A stretch of 64,000 nt of DNA from positions 17,904,265 through 17,968,264 of the forward strand of contig CM119269.1 of NCBI GenBank assembly GCA_051294375.1, read 5' to 3'. Position 1 is the stretch's first letter; each line of letters opens with the position of its first letter. Origin of the DNA: Paraspadella gotoi (lineage: Eukaryota > Animalia > Chaetognatha). Below the pieces are notes generated by a model. That model ran no database searches. It saw only the letters and a list, made by a program, of their open reading frames with translations, and was not told where the DNA came from. Made by a program: the position numbers and the translations under genes. Below are positions 14,015 through 28,302 of the stretch, one piece after another.

Positions 14015-16780
14015 AGAAGAAGAGAGAGAGAGAGAGAGAAGAAGAGGAAGAGGATTAAGTCCCCATCTATCTTCCACTTCACCTTTTTCAGATTTTTTTT
14101 CTTAATCCACACCTCCGAGGTGGGTTTCTGTCCGAAAACGTCAAACTCTTTTACTTTCTTCTCAGACGCCCCGCTTTTTTCCTCTCCCACGAATAAAAAC
14201 CCAGAACCCGTTCGTAGCGTTTTTTCGATTTTTTTTTTTCTTCTTATTCCTTCTTCTTCTCTTATCCTCCGGGTTTTTCTTTGCCGATTGGAGATTTTTT
14301 ATTTTTTTTTGGTTTGTTTCACACGGCTTTTCGTTTTTCGGACCGGCGTTTGAATCCGCACAGCGCGTCTCGTCGTCCGCCAAGGGAAACGCGACCGCGA
14401 TCTCCTGAACGCGTCCCTAAATCGACGCGCTCGTTTCGCGGCTTCCTTTTTTTCGTTTCTCTCTAATGCGTAATCCAATAGGAACTAAAGAAATATGTGA
14501 ATGAAAGGCGCAATCATATGAGTGACTAATTCGTTGGAAAGAATCGTGGAGCTCGTCTCTGAAATAGGCAACGCCGATTCGCGGATTATTTTTTCGAGAG
14601 CGCCAATCCCGATTTCGGTACGAGAGGCGAGCGTCTGTCGGCGGTTGAGTGGGACTTTTCCCGTCTTTCGAGGTTTAAATACAGTACATGAAAACTCTAA
14701 AACCGAACGCGGTTTGTTGATGTATTGAATGACGTAAAAAAATCTTTGAGAGACATAGCTTTGAGCGGAGCTTGCCATCATTTCAATTTTAAGGAGATGT
14801 TTGGGAAGCGTTTAATTAATTAGTTTCAAACGTACATCATATAATTAGCAAAACCTCTCGGCGTATTTCAGCACCCGAATTTAAGGTTTATATTCTTGCT
14901 GACAAACAAGGAAACCAAATGTCGTTTTACGACTTCAGATTTGGAGGGTAGACACCGATACCCAGAATTTTAAACGCGGCGCTTATTTGTTTTGCGGGTG
15001 AAAAAAGAAAAAATGCAAATAGACACAACAGAAAACAAATAGAAGCAAGTTTGGACAGAACAAGTCGATCTGCCCATCAGCCATTCATTATCGGTAATTA
15101 ATTACATTAATTAATTTATTAATTAATTAATAATTAACTCCTCCCAAACATTTCCTTTAAATTTAATTAAATTAATTTAATTTTTAAATTCCCTTTAAAT
15201 TAAATTATAATATTCATGTTAAATATAATGTATTTAATATAATTAAGGATATTTTTATTTATTTCAAGGGAATTATTTAATTAATTATGCATTAATTAAA
15301 TTATTTCAATCCAAAAAATGTTTTGTTTTGATTGATTAAATTAACTTTTGATTAATTAATTATTGATTTATTATTGACCTAATTGATTAATTAACTGATT
15401 AAATTATTTTTATATTGATTATACATCTTGGCATTTACCATTAAATAAAAAGAAAAAGAAGGCATAAATCAATAGCGGCGGGAGTATAATACAAAATAAA
15501 TAAAGGGACAGTTGTGCGCCTCCTTAATTTTTTTTGAAACACATGTAACTAATCTCTAGATAAAAAAAATGTAAAATTCGCTTGGCCCATTTTCCCGTTC
15601 CTATCGATTTTATAAATGCGATAAAGATGCAAAAAAATTTGAAAAAATAGGCAATTTTAAAAATAAATAAAGTGGTTAGAATTAATAATTTTTTATAAAA
15701 TTAGCTAAATCCAAGTATTTAAAAACTCCTTTCAAACTATAAATAAATATAAAAAACTTGTTTAAATAATGTTTAAATATTAGTGAAAAATTTTTAATTT
15801 TTTTGGGAAAAATACAAAAAATTCAAAGTAATAGGAAAAGATGGTTTAATCAGATAGTTTTAATCAAATATATATGAAATTAAGGGAGACTAAATAGACT
15901 GTTTTTCATTTTGTAAAAAGTTTTCTTTATCTATTTAATATTATAAGTTTTTGCATTTTTTTTTGAAATTAAGATTTTGCTATGGCCCGCTAGGTTTGAG
16001 CGTTAGCGCATCGGGCCGTCCGAAGATGTTTTTTAACAATGGGCTAAACTGTAGAATCCGAGAAGCGTTCTTGCTAAATCTTGAAGATGCAGAATAAATA
16101 TAGAATTTAATGTATTTTCGGAGGATAAAATCATGAATAATGGTTGGATTAATATGTGTAAATTACAAAAAAACCCCGTGAAACTAAAGGTTGTGGGCGG
16201 CCCGATGTATTTACAAGATAGTTTCTTTGCCCCAATGCCTAAAAGAAAAACTGTAAGCAAGCGACAAGACCGCAAGGAAAGAAAGTGGCGCGGTAAAGGT
16301 CGATTTATCGATTATTCGATTACCAACTTGCCAGGTTTCATGGCCATTTTCACAACAACCGTAGCCCATTGACGCTGACAAGGGGGCAATAATGGGTTTG
16401 TCAATCGAACGTTTAACGCGAAGACACAAATGAACGTTGAAGAATAAAGATAGCATTATAGTTTGAGTTGCCCCACTTTCTTAACTAACTTTAAAAATGG
16501 CGACGATCGAAGTTTCAAAACTTGTGTTTATTATAATAAATAACGCTGTGACGGAATTAATAAGCGTTCAAGAATATAAAGCAATGGTCTTAAAAACCGT
16601 TTCAACTCACCCCTGACTGACTAAAGCAATGTTTAACATAAAAAATAATCGGATAGTTCCCAGAGTTCACGTTTCTTTTTCGTCTTCAATAATCTGTTGT
16701 TTTTTCTTTCATTTCGTTGGTAAAAGATATAGTAGATAACAAAATTTGATTTTCACAAATAAAATTTATTTATTATTGGC

Positions 16781-16815
16781 AGACATGTTTCAAACGTCAT
16801 TTCGTCTTCATCAGG
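16781..16815 (-). ncRNA. Minimal type-I hammerhead ribozyme-like motif (Penelope type)
   Basis: Minus strand CTGATGA-AGACG-AAATGA-CGTTT-GAAAC-ATGTC, followed by AATAAA. Helix I pairing is not evident and the sequence here is error-prone. Confidence 0.5.
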
Positions 16816-19800
16816 TTTATATTTGTAGTTTGAATTACAAAAAATTTGGCAAGTTTTTAGGGTCATTTTCCTCTCTCCTCCCTGTTGCCCGTTTAACGGG
16901 TCATTTTGAACGTTTTACCCGTTTATAATTTTTATGACAGGCTTTTTCAGTCCGTTTAGAACCACGCTTTGGAACAGTCGTTGCTCGTCCGAAAACCGTT
17001 TTAGGGGTTTTTCGGCCGACTTTAGTTGTTTGTCACGCCCTATTGTACACGTATTTGTCTACGTCTGTCACCGAGAGATCAACATTTAGACTTTTTGGAC
17101 GAAATTCTTGTTTACACTCAGACGGAGATAAAGTCGCCGAGACTTTTTGTTCAACAAACCATTTTTTTGGACGAGCGACTGCTGCAACGCCGCGGACCGC
17201 CAAGCGTCCGACCAACAAGAAAGTTCTCTTCAGAGAGAAGAGAGGCAAGAGACACTGAGAGTGAGTGAGTGAGAGAGAGAGAGAGAGAGAGTGTGGAGTG
17301 ATGAGTGAATCAGAGATAGAAGCTTTCCCTTCAAAGCGTATTCCGTGAAGTACGCGGCCCTCCTTTCTTCGGAATGGGGCCAAAGTCAGACGCGATAGTC
17401 GAATCCACGGCCATCCTGACGTCGGAGCCCTTTTTTCCCTATGGCCATGCCCCACACCCCGCCACGGAAGCGTCAAACAATTTAGGATTATATTTATTAT
17501 CAGAATTAACCCTCCTTGTTATACAGACTAAAATGAGGCCAACAAATGTTAAACAAAATTGGATAGAAGTTTTGAAAATAGTAATGGAAACATGCTTCTG
17601 ATCTAAAAATTAATTTTTCTGAAACATTGTAATAGTCTATTATTATTATTATTATTATTATTTTTTATTATTAATTGTAACTAATATTTTACAGGAGTAG
17701 TTCTTTAATTTAAAACGAATCTTACGCACTCCTTTCATGTATTTTTTTTCATTTTATTAAAAAAAGAAGACAGATTCGGGCAGAGCGATCTCGAAGGGAG
17801 AGGAGAATTGGTAAATGGGTAAGGCCTTATGTAAGTCTCAATTAATATTTTTTAGTAGCCTTATTAGTACTAGCTGTATATAGTTTAATGTAGCTACTAA
17901 AAGCTTTTATAAAAAGCTTTGAAAAAGGGAGTAGAGTTTTACTGGCGTTTATGTGCTTGGTACTTATTTTTCATTTTGGCTTTATATTTACAATTTTTTT
18001 ATGAAATCTTTACTTTTAGATGCTCAATATTTATATAAACATATTTTTTAAAATTTTTTATGAAATGAAAAATGGGTTTAAATCTTTGTTTTAGGCTATA
18101 TTTCACTAAAAAAGTGACTTACCAGCTTTCTTTGATATTCAAATTTGGCGATTTGTTTACAATTTATTTTTGCATCAAATTGCTTATCTAAAATCCCATA
18201 GAAACGGTAGAAATTGAGCGGGAATTTTCAATTTTTTTTTTATCTTTGGGGCAATCGTATTATATCAAATATCAAAAAATTAAGGGGAGACACAAGAGGT
18301 CAATTCATATTTGTTATTTATGCTTCCAACGCTAATATAATCCAATCGTAACAGGGTTCTTTGTTTTTTCATTAAATTCATTTCGCACTCAAACGATTCC
18401 ATCAAAAACTTGAATTTCGCCAGTTTAAAAAATCACACCACATTTCTACCCCCCAAATACAAAATTTCAAGTCAATCGACCCAATCCACTCATGAGTAAT
18501 TGTGTTCAAATAGTGAAATATATTTTTGGTTTTTTCCACTTAAACTTCATTTCCCACCTCGGAACGATTCCATCGAAACTTCATATTTAGCTTCAATCAC
18601 CACTTCCCTACCCAGCACAGCAAAATTTCGAATTCCAATCCATCCATCAAGTCACGAAGTATTGGTGGTTTTGGCTAAGGTTGAGAACGGACGAACGGGC
18701 GGATTCTCGGACGGACGGACACGACAGATGGATTCGGACGGACCATCTTTTTTTTGGCCAGTAATTTATCATAATTCGATGTTCTGAACCATGATGGACG
18801 GACCGACCAAAGTTGAATTAATAAGAGTCGGGATCTGGCTGGAAGAGCAGATTGAATGTAAAAACCATTTACAAATTGTTGAAATTTAGTTTTCAAGGTT
18901 TTTCTATGGTTTGCTGTAGATTCCACATTTAATTTGTTTGTGCACCAAGCGGGCCATACAAGAGTTCATAATCGGAAGAGAAGGAGAGAGAGAGAGAAGA
19001 GGAAAGTAAAGAGAAAGAAAAGAAAAGAAGCAAAGAAAGAAAGAAAAGAAAGAAAGACACAGAAAGAAGAAAGAAAGTAAGAAGATTAATAAAATGAGAG
19101 AAAGAAAACAAAGAAATAAAGAGAAACACCAACAAAAAGAAAGAAAAAGAAGAAAGAAACAAAAAAAAGAAAGAAAAGAAAGAAAGAAGAGAAGAAAGAA
19201 AGAAAGAAAAGAAAGAAGAAAGAAGAAAAGAAAGAAAGAAAGAGAAGAGAGGAAGAGAGTGGTCAAAGGTGTGAAAGAGTCAAACGCGCGTTGTTTGAAG
19301 ATTCTCCTGCGTGTCTTCGATCAAAAGAATCAATGGAATTGAAGGCCCGATTTTATTTAAATAACTTAAACATAAACATTATCATATATTTATATATCAT
19401 TATGGTATATATCATACTCATATGGTCGCGAATCTAAGAGACAACAAAATCGAATCAGTAATTTTTTCAACACACGTAATAATCACCGAACCACGCACAA
19501 AACACGACAAAGCAATTTCCGCATCGATTATTGAAAAAAGACGTGGAAATGAGCTTTTCTGCTCTTTTAGGCTTTTTTTTAAGCGATCGCTATCCTCATT
19601 TGACTCCATTTGGGGATGCGGAAAAAAGGGGAAAGGTGCGAAAACGAATAGAGAATTAGACTCAGACGATCCCTGCGACGAAAGACGACGAAGCGGCCGA
19701 CGCGAACACGACCGGAACCAACGACCGGACCAACGTACGACCAACGAGACGACGAACGAACCGACCAACGACGGACGAAACGACCGACGCAACGACACGA

Positions 19801-20524
19801 ACGACCGACCAACGACCGACGACCAACGAACCGACAGCAACGACCGCCGAAAGACGACGAACGGCGACCCGACCAACGACCGATCCAACGACCGACAGAC
19901 CGAACCACGACGCGACAAGCGACGGGACGAAACGACGACAAACGACGACGAACGACGAATACCCAAAAAATAGAAATAGAGAATTTTCGCATGCGATTGC
20001 GTCTGTATTGCGGCAGACCCCTTTAGATGGCATTCGGCAATGAGCCTGAGCAAAATAAAAAAAAACGTCAAGAGAACACTTGCGAACGACTTGGATTCCA
20101 ACATGTTCGAGAAAAAAGAAAAAAGAAAAAAAGAAAAAAAAGGAAAAAGAAAGAGAGGATTTATTAAGTCCGCTTGATGAACGATGACATAGGGACCTGG
20201 AAACTAGGCACTTTGACGGGCCCGAAGTGCAGAAGTGGAAAGAGAAAAAGAGGAGAAAGAGAGTCCATTTAGATTTTTATATTTCGCAATAACAAAATTT
20301 CTTAGTATTAACTCAAGGATCGTCGCTCTGTTTCTGCTAAATGGTTTTTCTCCGGAAGCAAAAAAATCAAACTTTACGCTGAGTTCATGGTTTATTAGAA
20401 CGAAAAAAAAAACAAACTGTAATTAATGTTGATATCTATAAACTAGTGTAATGTTTATTATCCGATTTAGAATCGGAATAACGGTTAATCCCCACTTCTA
20501 TTTTCCCGAAAGTTCATCCGCTCT

Positions 20525-22801
20525 CTACTCTTGACCCTGCTCCTTTCCCGAACCCACTCTGCCACCGCCCGCCACCACTCCTTTCCTCCTCATCGCATCC
20601 CGCTGCAACCGATTAAACTCGCACGGCGCGAACGACACCCGCGGAACGCACTCATTCTCCTTCTCGTCGAAGACCAGCGGGGTCCCCGTCCTGGCGTCGG
20701 GCAGAGCTCGCGCTCGGCGACGTCCGAAGGCCGCCGGCGTAAAACGAGAACGCAGGAGGCTGGATCGAGAAGCGGGCGCCCTGTTTGGGCGCCGGCCGGG
20801 CACAGCCGAACAAGTGCCTTGGTGGTCCTTCTGGCAGAAGGTACCGGAAAGAAAGCCATCGGTGGGCAGCGCGCAGTCGGTAATTGTCGGGCCGGGTGTC
20901 GTCGATGAGGACAATGCCGTTGGTGGCAACGCAGGCGGCAGAAGAGCAAGGGTTGGAGTAGGGGCGTCTCGCATTGAGGCAGCGACGAAGGCGTCGGGGC
21001 ATTTCGCAATCTAGAGGGGGAGTGGGGGAAAAATGGTAACGGAAAGAAAAAGGTAAGTATTTGTTTGAACTTCCCGGTCCTAAACTACCTTCGTTTACAT
21101 TTTAATTCCATTATATTTTTTTAACTACTGAGAATCTTGCAATGAAAGTATTAGTTTATTTCCTTTTATGTTTCCAAGAATTCGTGTCGATATTTGACAG
21201 TAGAAATATATAAGTCTTATATTATTAAAACCTGTTCCGGCCTATTGGTGCAGTTTTTCAAATTTAGATTCTGTCACCTTCCACTGTTCCGACCACTTCG
21301 TTCACAGACCTGTATCCCAGCGGTTGTCCGCCCCAACGCACTTCCCCCGTTCTTGCAGGGCGCTTGCGTTGAGTCAGGCTCGCGCAATTTCTTCGCACCG
21401 AGTAACCCACGTAGCTGGTGGCGCTGCAATCGCAGAAAAAAGGTTCCGACGCGTTCCTCGCAGCGCCCGCCGTTGAGGCAGGGGCGGCAAGCGCAGTCGT
21501 TTATGTCGAGAGTTCAGAGGGGGCCCTGAGAGGGGGAGGAATGGTGGAGATATTAGGGTTTTTTAAAGGAACTTGGCAGTGGAAGGGAATTTCTTCTTGG
21601 TTGTTTCTCGAAGAACCAAAGATTTCCAGAGAAAGATAAAAATGTGGAGGCAGCCAGAAAAAAAAAATTTCTTGCCAGCGCAGGGTCGAATTTATCAATT
21701 GACTCACTCTCAAACCCTAATTTTCTTTCTTAAATTTGTTTTTTTTAATTTTTTAAAGGGGGTGCGGTGGAAATAATGTATCTGTTGGCATTGTTTGTTG
21801 CTTGTATTAATTTTGGCTTCAAAATCTTTACTTTAAGTCTGATTAGGAAAAAAAACAGGTGGTTTTTCGAACCTTAAAGTAATTTCATTTTTAGAAATGA
21901 GTTTTTTAAAAGCAGTTACTGTTATATAATTTTCAATTAAACTCATATAGAAATTTTTTTAAAATAGTTCAATGAATTATTTTGTTGAAAATCATTTTTT
22001 GCCCTCTGTTGATAATAAATCAAGGCCTGTGAAGACCATCCAGTAAACGAAAACATCTAAGCTTGAAACTCTTTGGATACATCAAAAGGCTTCTCTCCCT
22101 CACGTCCTTCTTTCTATTCTCCTCTCTCTCTCTCTCCTCTCTCCTCTTCATCTGCTCTCTCTGTCTCTCTCTCCTCGTCTCTCCTCTCTCTCTCTCTCTC
22201 TCTTTTTCTGTTTCTTTCTTTTTTCCTTTCTTTTCCTCCAAACTGTCGTTTCCAGTTTTTACCGAAGTGATTCAATTTTTCGATAGAAAAGCTGAAGACA
22301 AACGCTGGCCCATACAGCCATAAAAATCGCCGCAAATATTCGTCCTCGATCATCAATTATCTTGAATCGTATCGTTACCTGTCGCGTCGTCGTCAGTTGC
22401 CAGTCGTCGTTATCACCATAATCGCCAGCGTTAAATCTTTTTCATATTAAACTATTAGTACCTATAACATAAAAAACGACGACGAACTCTCACGACGACA
22501 ATCAGCAGCGTTCCCCGCTGTCTCCCCTCTCACCTCCCATCCGCGGGAACCAGAGACACTCGAATCCCGGCGCGCGGGTCCTTGTCTCGGCACTGCGCCG
22601 TTAAAAGCACGGCTTCGCGCGCAATCGTCGTAGTGATTTCGCACTTGGCGCCGGAATAACCGAGTTCGCGAAGCAGACGGGAACGGCAGTCGGCGGAAGG
22701 GAAGCCGCAGCGGCGCCCCGTGCGACCTCATGACGCCAGTGGGCGTCACAGGCGGACAGTCTCGCAACGCGGACCTACAAGTTGTAGGTGGCAATCGCAG
22801 C
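20525..22801 (-). pseudogene. Frameshifted inverted copy of the EGF/chitin-binding exons (assembly or haplotype artefact, or pseudogene)
   Basis: Reverse complement of 126-2392 with many single-base indels; fragments such as PLVFDEKENECVPRVSFAPCEFN remain readable. Confidence 0.75.
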
Positions 22802-22836
22802 TGGAAAGTGGGTGGGGAAAGTTAGAGGGGAGGAGC

Positions 22837-22895
<59 letters not shown>

Positions 22896-23135
22896 AGAGA
22901 GAGAAGAGAGAATTGAATTGAACGGGGCTTTGGGCAAATGGTGCCCCTAAAAGCTACATTCAATTTACAAACGATATTCACAAGTTGAAAAGTAATTTAA
23001 AGATTAAACGAAAATCGGGTGAGTTTTTATCCTAAACAAAGTAAACCATGTTTCATGAAATCTTTCCAAGAGGCAGTGCAACAAAGTTCAAAACAAAGGA
23101 AAGAAAGAAAGAACAGAAAAGAGAGAGAGAGAGAG

Positions 23136-23197
<62 letters not shown>

Positions 23198-23362
23198 CAG
23201 AAGAGAGAGAAGAGAGAGACTAGACAGTTCTTCTTTCTTCTTTCACGTCCTTAAAACCTTATATTATTTTTTTAAATCTCGTTCCCCCTCCTCCCGCCGC
23301 GCCCACTTTATGCCACTCACTCCACCTCACCCCCCCCCCCCTCAACCCCCCTCCACCCACAG

Positions 23363-26300
23363 CCTTCGTAGATGCGCTGGCTCCACGGCGGGATCCTCGT
23401 CGTCGTCGTCTGTTCTGTCCCGGCGTCCGCCATCATCGTCGTCACCATCTTCGGAAATTCCTTGGTCGCTCCTCTCCATTGCCTCCAACAAACAAATGCA
23501 GGACGGGTGACCAACGGTTGATTTTCGCTTCTTTGGCGGTCGCGGAACATCATGGTTTGCGGATGCGTCATGCCGTTAGTGGGGGAGGGAGAGAGAGAGA
23601 GAGAGAGAGGAACGACGAAGAGAGCAAGAAGAGAGGAGAGAGAGACGAGATGGGAGGAGAGAGGAGACGAGAGAAGAGAGAGAGCAGACGAGAGAAGAGA
23701 GAGAGAGGACAACACTCACGACCTACGTGACAGAAAATAGTCGATGCCACGAACAAACATCATTCATTCTCGTTTCAACTTTCCATTACAGATTCTCTAC
23801 AATCATTTGTCACCTTAAATACATTATAATTATTTTTCTAATTTTTTTCATTTTTTGCTCTGTTTTATTGCTTGAGAGTATGCGGTATGAGTACATAGTG
23901 TTGGTGATTAACATCGTTTTATGAGGAAAACGCATATTATTTTTATTTGAGCAATGTATTTCGGTTACCATAGTTCATTTGTTTTAAAGCCTGTTTGACT
24001 TTAACATATTCTTTTCATATATTTTTCTTGTCAAGGGGTTTTTCGTTCTTTAATTAAAAAAAACTTTAAAAAAAAAAAAAAAATCTTAAAAAATTTACTT
24101 TTTCGCCATATCGATTTTTATGTCATCCCCGACCGTGAAGACACCATTTTATCACAACGATTCATCCTTCGCCCGCACCCCCCCCCAGTTTCTCTAATAA
24201 TAGAATTCCCTTTTGATCTCCCGTCCCCTCCGCGCCCACTTCCCCCCCCCACGGCCCCCTCAATACCCCACAGCCTCTACGTGGAGATCAAGAGGGGCGT
24301 GTGGTCGTTGGGTCAGACTCTTTGCGACACGTACATCTTCGTGGACGTGTATTTTTGCACGGCGTCGATCCTCAACATCTGCGCGATCGCGCTCGATCGA
24401 TTTTGGAAGATCAAGCACGATCAGAACTACGTCTACGCCCCGATCTTCAACCGGACGAGGGTCTGCAAGTTTATGGTGATGCTGGGTGAGTGAGAGAGAT
24501 TGAGAGGGGCTGCGGCGGCGGCGGCGGCGGCGGTGGCTGCGGCGGCACGTAGTTTATAATACTGGACCAGTGAGGGCTATAACGGATCTCACTGTCGCAG
24601 TGTCCAGTATAGTACTACTGCGGCGGCGGCGGCGGCGGCGGTTGGCGGCTGTTTTACTGATTAGTTCCCTATTGCCCGATTGTCACGCGGTGAATGAATT
24701 CAAAAAACAAATAGAAAGCACCAGAAAGCCAAACAAATATCAATCATTCAATATAATCCAACTCACCGCAAAAAAAAAAAANNNNNNNNNNNNNNNNNNN
24801 NNNNNNNNNNNNNNNNNNNNNNNNNNNNNNNNNNNNNNNNNNNNNNNNNNNNNNNNNNNNNNNNNNNNNNNNNNNNNNNNNNNNNNNNNNNNNNNGCCGG
24901 AAAAAAAAATACGAGTTGAGCCGCGACTAATGTCCGTTTGTGGCCACGGATTGCCTGTATTTGAACGGGACGCGGGGCAACTCATTAATCAGCTTTTATG
25001 GCCTTCGGAGCCTCGATGGCCGCCTCCGGCCATTGGTGCGGTTAAACCTGCGGCAGCTGCGTTTCACCTCACAACTGTTGTGATTGGCTGAGTGAACTTG
25101 AGGCGGTTTTTTTTGCAATCTCTTCACTTCAGCAAGTATATCACTATCTTGTTCATTTCATTTATTGCGGATAAAGAGAGGGATCGTGTCTAATTACTAA
25201 TTAATTAATTCGTCGTAAGACTCTACATACTCTTGACTTCACAAAACAATTATAAAATGGCCGCAATGTTTAATGAAAAAAGGCCAACTTGGAAAGAAGC
25301 CTTGGCTTCGCCTCGAGAAATACTAATGCGATTTATTAAGAGTCGGAACCGTGGCCTTGTAGGGGGGAGGAGGCTATGGCGGCGGGGGAGATGGCAAAAG
25401 AATGGCCGCGGAAACGGCGGCGGTGACAGCGGCGGAGCCGTTGTAGTGGCGGCGTCGGCGGCGTCGTAGTTTGACAAACCTGATTATCTCAGCAGGAAAT
25501 TTGTTAAGGCGATTAGCATAGCAATACGCTTCTCGTGATTCTGTGATACTGATATGCAAAAATGACTACACTACAAAGTTTTCACTGACTTTTATTCGTT
25601 CTTTCTTAGCTTGGATTCTTCCCGCTTTTGTGGCGATGGCGCCATTGCTTGGTTGGCACGAGGAAAACGTACCGGAAGCTTGCATGCTTAGTCAAGACAA
25701 AGGTTAAATGAAATTGAATGTCTCCTATATGTATTTTATTTTCCTCGGTTGTTTACAACTACACCCCAATATTCTCTTCTCTTCTCTTCTCTTCTCTTCT
25801 CTTCTCTTCTATTCTCTTTTCTTCTCTTCTCTTCTCATCTCTTCTCCTTTTCGCATCTCACCTCATCTTCAAATGAAATTCCCCTTTTCCAACACTATCA
25901 CCGCTAATTAAAAAGTATTAAAAATATTAAAATCAAGTAGAATTCGAATAGTAGATCATTGATATATATAACATTTTTTAAAAAATTACACAATTTTCGC
26001 ATTACGCCCATATTTATGCATAGTACTTACCATTTAGCAAAATGTTAAGTTTTTAAAACGATTTTTATTATTTTTTAAAGGATTCGAATTCCTCACGAAA
26101 AATAAATATAACTCTTTTTAAAAAATCATTTCATTAAGAGGGTCAAAATCCTAAAAAACTGTTATAGTTAACCTATAATTAAATTTTAGTATAAGAAATA
26201 TAGTTTTTTAATTTTTAGCTAACTTAATGAAATAATTTTTAATTAAGACTTATATTTTCTTCTATCAACTTTTTATGAGGAATTCGAATCTGCGTTCAAA

Positions 26301-28204
26301 ACGGAAAAAAAAAAACTATTTTAAAATTTTGACATTTTCTATGCTAAATACTAAATACTAAATACTATGGGCGTATGCGAAAATTGCGAAATTTAAAAAA
26401 TATATATATATCATGGTTCGTTAGTATAAGACTGTTTATGAACAACTATTCGAATTTTGATCTGCAACTTTCACTACGCCTTACTGCTCATCTCCTCAAA
26501 CGATGCCTCGACAGAATCTCATCTCGACGGCGCATTGTATTTCTTCTTCCCTGCCCGTGCCCCCCCCCTCCACGCAGGCTACACCATCTTCTCCACCTTC
26601 ACTGCTTTCTACATCCCGATGATCCTCATACTCTTCGTTTATTGTCAAATTTTTCGCGTCGTCAAACAAAAGCAAAACGCGATGAAGCGAATGAGGTACG
26701 AGATTACTTGAAAATTGCGAATTAATAACTAATAATTAATAACTAACTTAAGATTTTTATATTTTATAATGGGGAGGGGGGATGTTAGAGTTGTTTTCTG
26801 GAAAAAAAGGGAGGATCTAGTGGAGATCATGATTATTATTATTAGGAGAAGAAAATAAAATCTCGCGGCCAAATTCTTTAAAAAGAAATTGTTTTTAAAT
26901 TAAAATTGGTCAAACGCCGGTTGCAAAACATTATTTGGGAGTATTTTTAGAATTATTTTCTTTACAAACATAAACCAAAGTTTTTTCTCTCTCTCGCCTT
27001 GTAAAAATGATTGCCACTTCGTGCTATTAGCCAATTCTATTCCATTTCGCCATTTTTATCTCGACCAAACTATCTAATAGATAGTATCTATCTATACTTT
27101 ACTTACAACCCAAGGTTACTATACTTTCTATGTTGGATTTTTTATTAGACATTCCACATCGTTCTTGTTAGGGTGTCATTTTGTTTATAAAAGGCCAAAC
27201 AGAAAATGGGTGGAAGGGATAATTTTGAGATTATGATTAGATACGATAGGCTATTATTATTGGAAATTTATTACCAAACTTCTCAAACGTATCATCATGA
27301 TTTAAAATCTCATGTCGTATACTCCCATCACAGGGCGGCGAATCTCAAAATGAAAGGATTGGAGAGTCACCACCGCGCGCTCGTTCCGGTCGAAAGTCAG
27401 ACTCAGGTAAATGTGACGTCTTGGGAATCGAGTTAGGGGCGGTAAGGTCAGTCTAAGATTAGATTGAGATGATCAGCCTCGATTTGTTAGTTGAATGAAA
27501 ATTTTAGACTGTATATATCAAGGGTAGTGTCGCTTACTGAGTCCTTGCCCTGAAGTCAAAGGTCGATGCTTTAATTTTGGTGTGAGAAAAATTGGACCTT
27601 TAATTTAAAAATTAAAACATTAAAAAAAAAAACTGCTCCCAGACAATTAACCAAGAATATTTTACCCCTCTAATCAGTGCGACTACAAAGCCGCTCACCT
27701 GACGACCGAGAACACGGCCAGCGTTTCTGTCAGCCCAACAGCTTCCGGATGCGGTAAGCGTGTCATTGCCGCTGCTCTACCAGGCTGTTGCTGTCTCTCG
27801 ATGCATCGCAGCGTCCTGAGGCGACTAAGTAATTTAATCAATTAACAAAAAAAAACTTTTGTTTGGGTTTAGTTAAATTACCGAAGCGCGATTCGCCGAA
27901 AGCGACGAAACTGAAACAGACACACAAGTCGGTGAGTCGTAGACTGTAACGTGACTGAGGCGACAGTTGTGTGACAACTTACATAATCCATATATTGGTT
28001 GTACCATTTTCATAAAAAACTTTCTCACAAGAAATCGTTCAGATGAGCAAATGTAAACGTGTTGAAATTTGATGTAATATGACGTGATGTGATATCAGCT
28101 GATATGATGAGAAAAAAAAAAGTCTTCTGACAAGGATAAAAAATGTTAGATACTTGTTCTCACTCTGTTTCAATCTTGCTCCAAGCACCGCTCTTTTTAC
28201 CCTT

Positions 28205-28302
<98 letters not shown>

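Larger units (their letters stand above)
1..22910. repeat. Giant inverted duplication: left arm 1-10109, spacer 10110-10685, right arm 10686-~22910
   Basis: Collinear reverse-complement matches throughout (9544-10100 vs 10745-11310; 4964-5600 vs 14050-14735; 1240-2400 vs 20520-21715; 110-420 vs 22490-22820). The right arm has dense 1-bp indels and starts at an exactly 25-N gap beside (GA)n. Confidence 0.95.

Noticed and set aside
19422-20104. Long overlapping ORFs of 120-230 aa
   Set aside because: Low-complexity (ACG/ACCG) repeat, an expanded version of 2945-3050.
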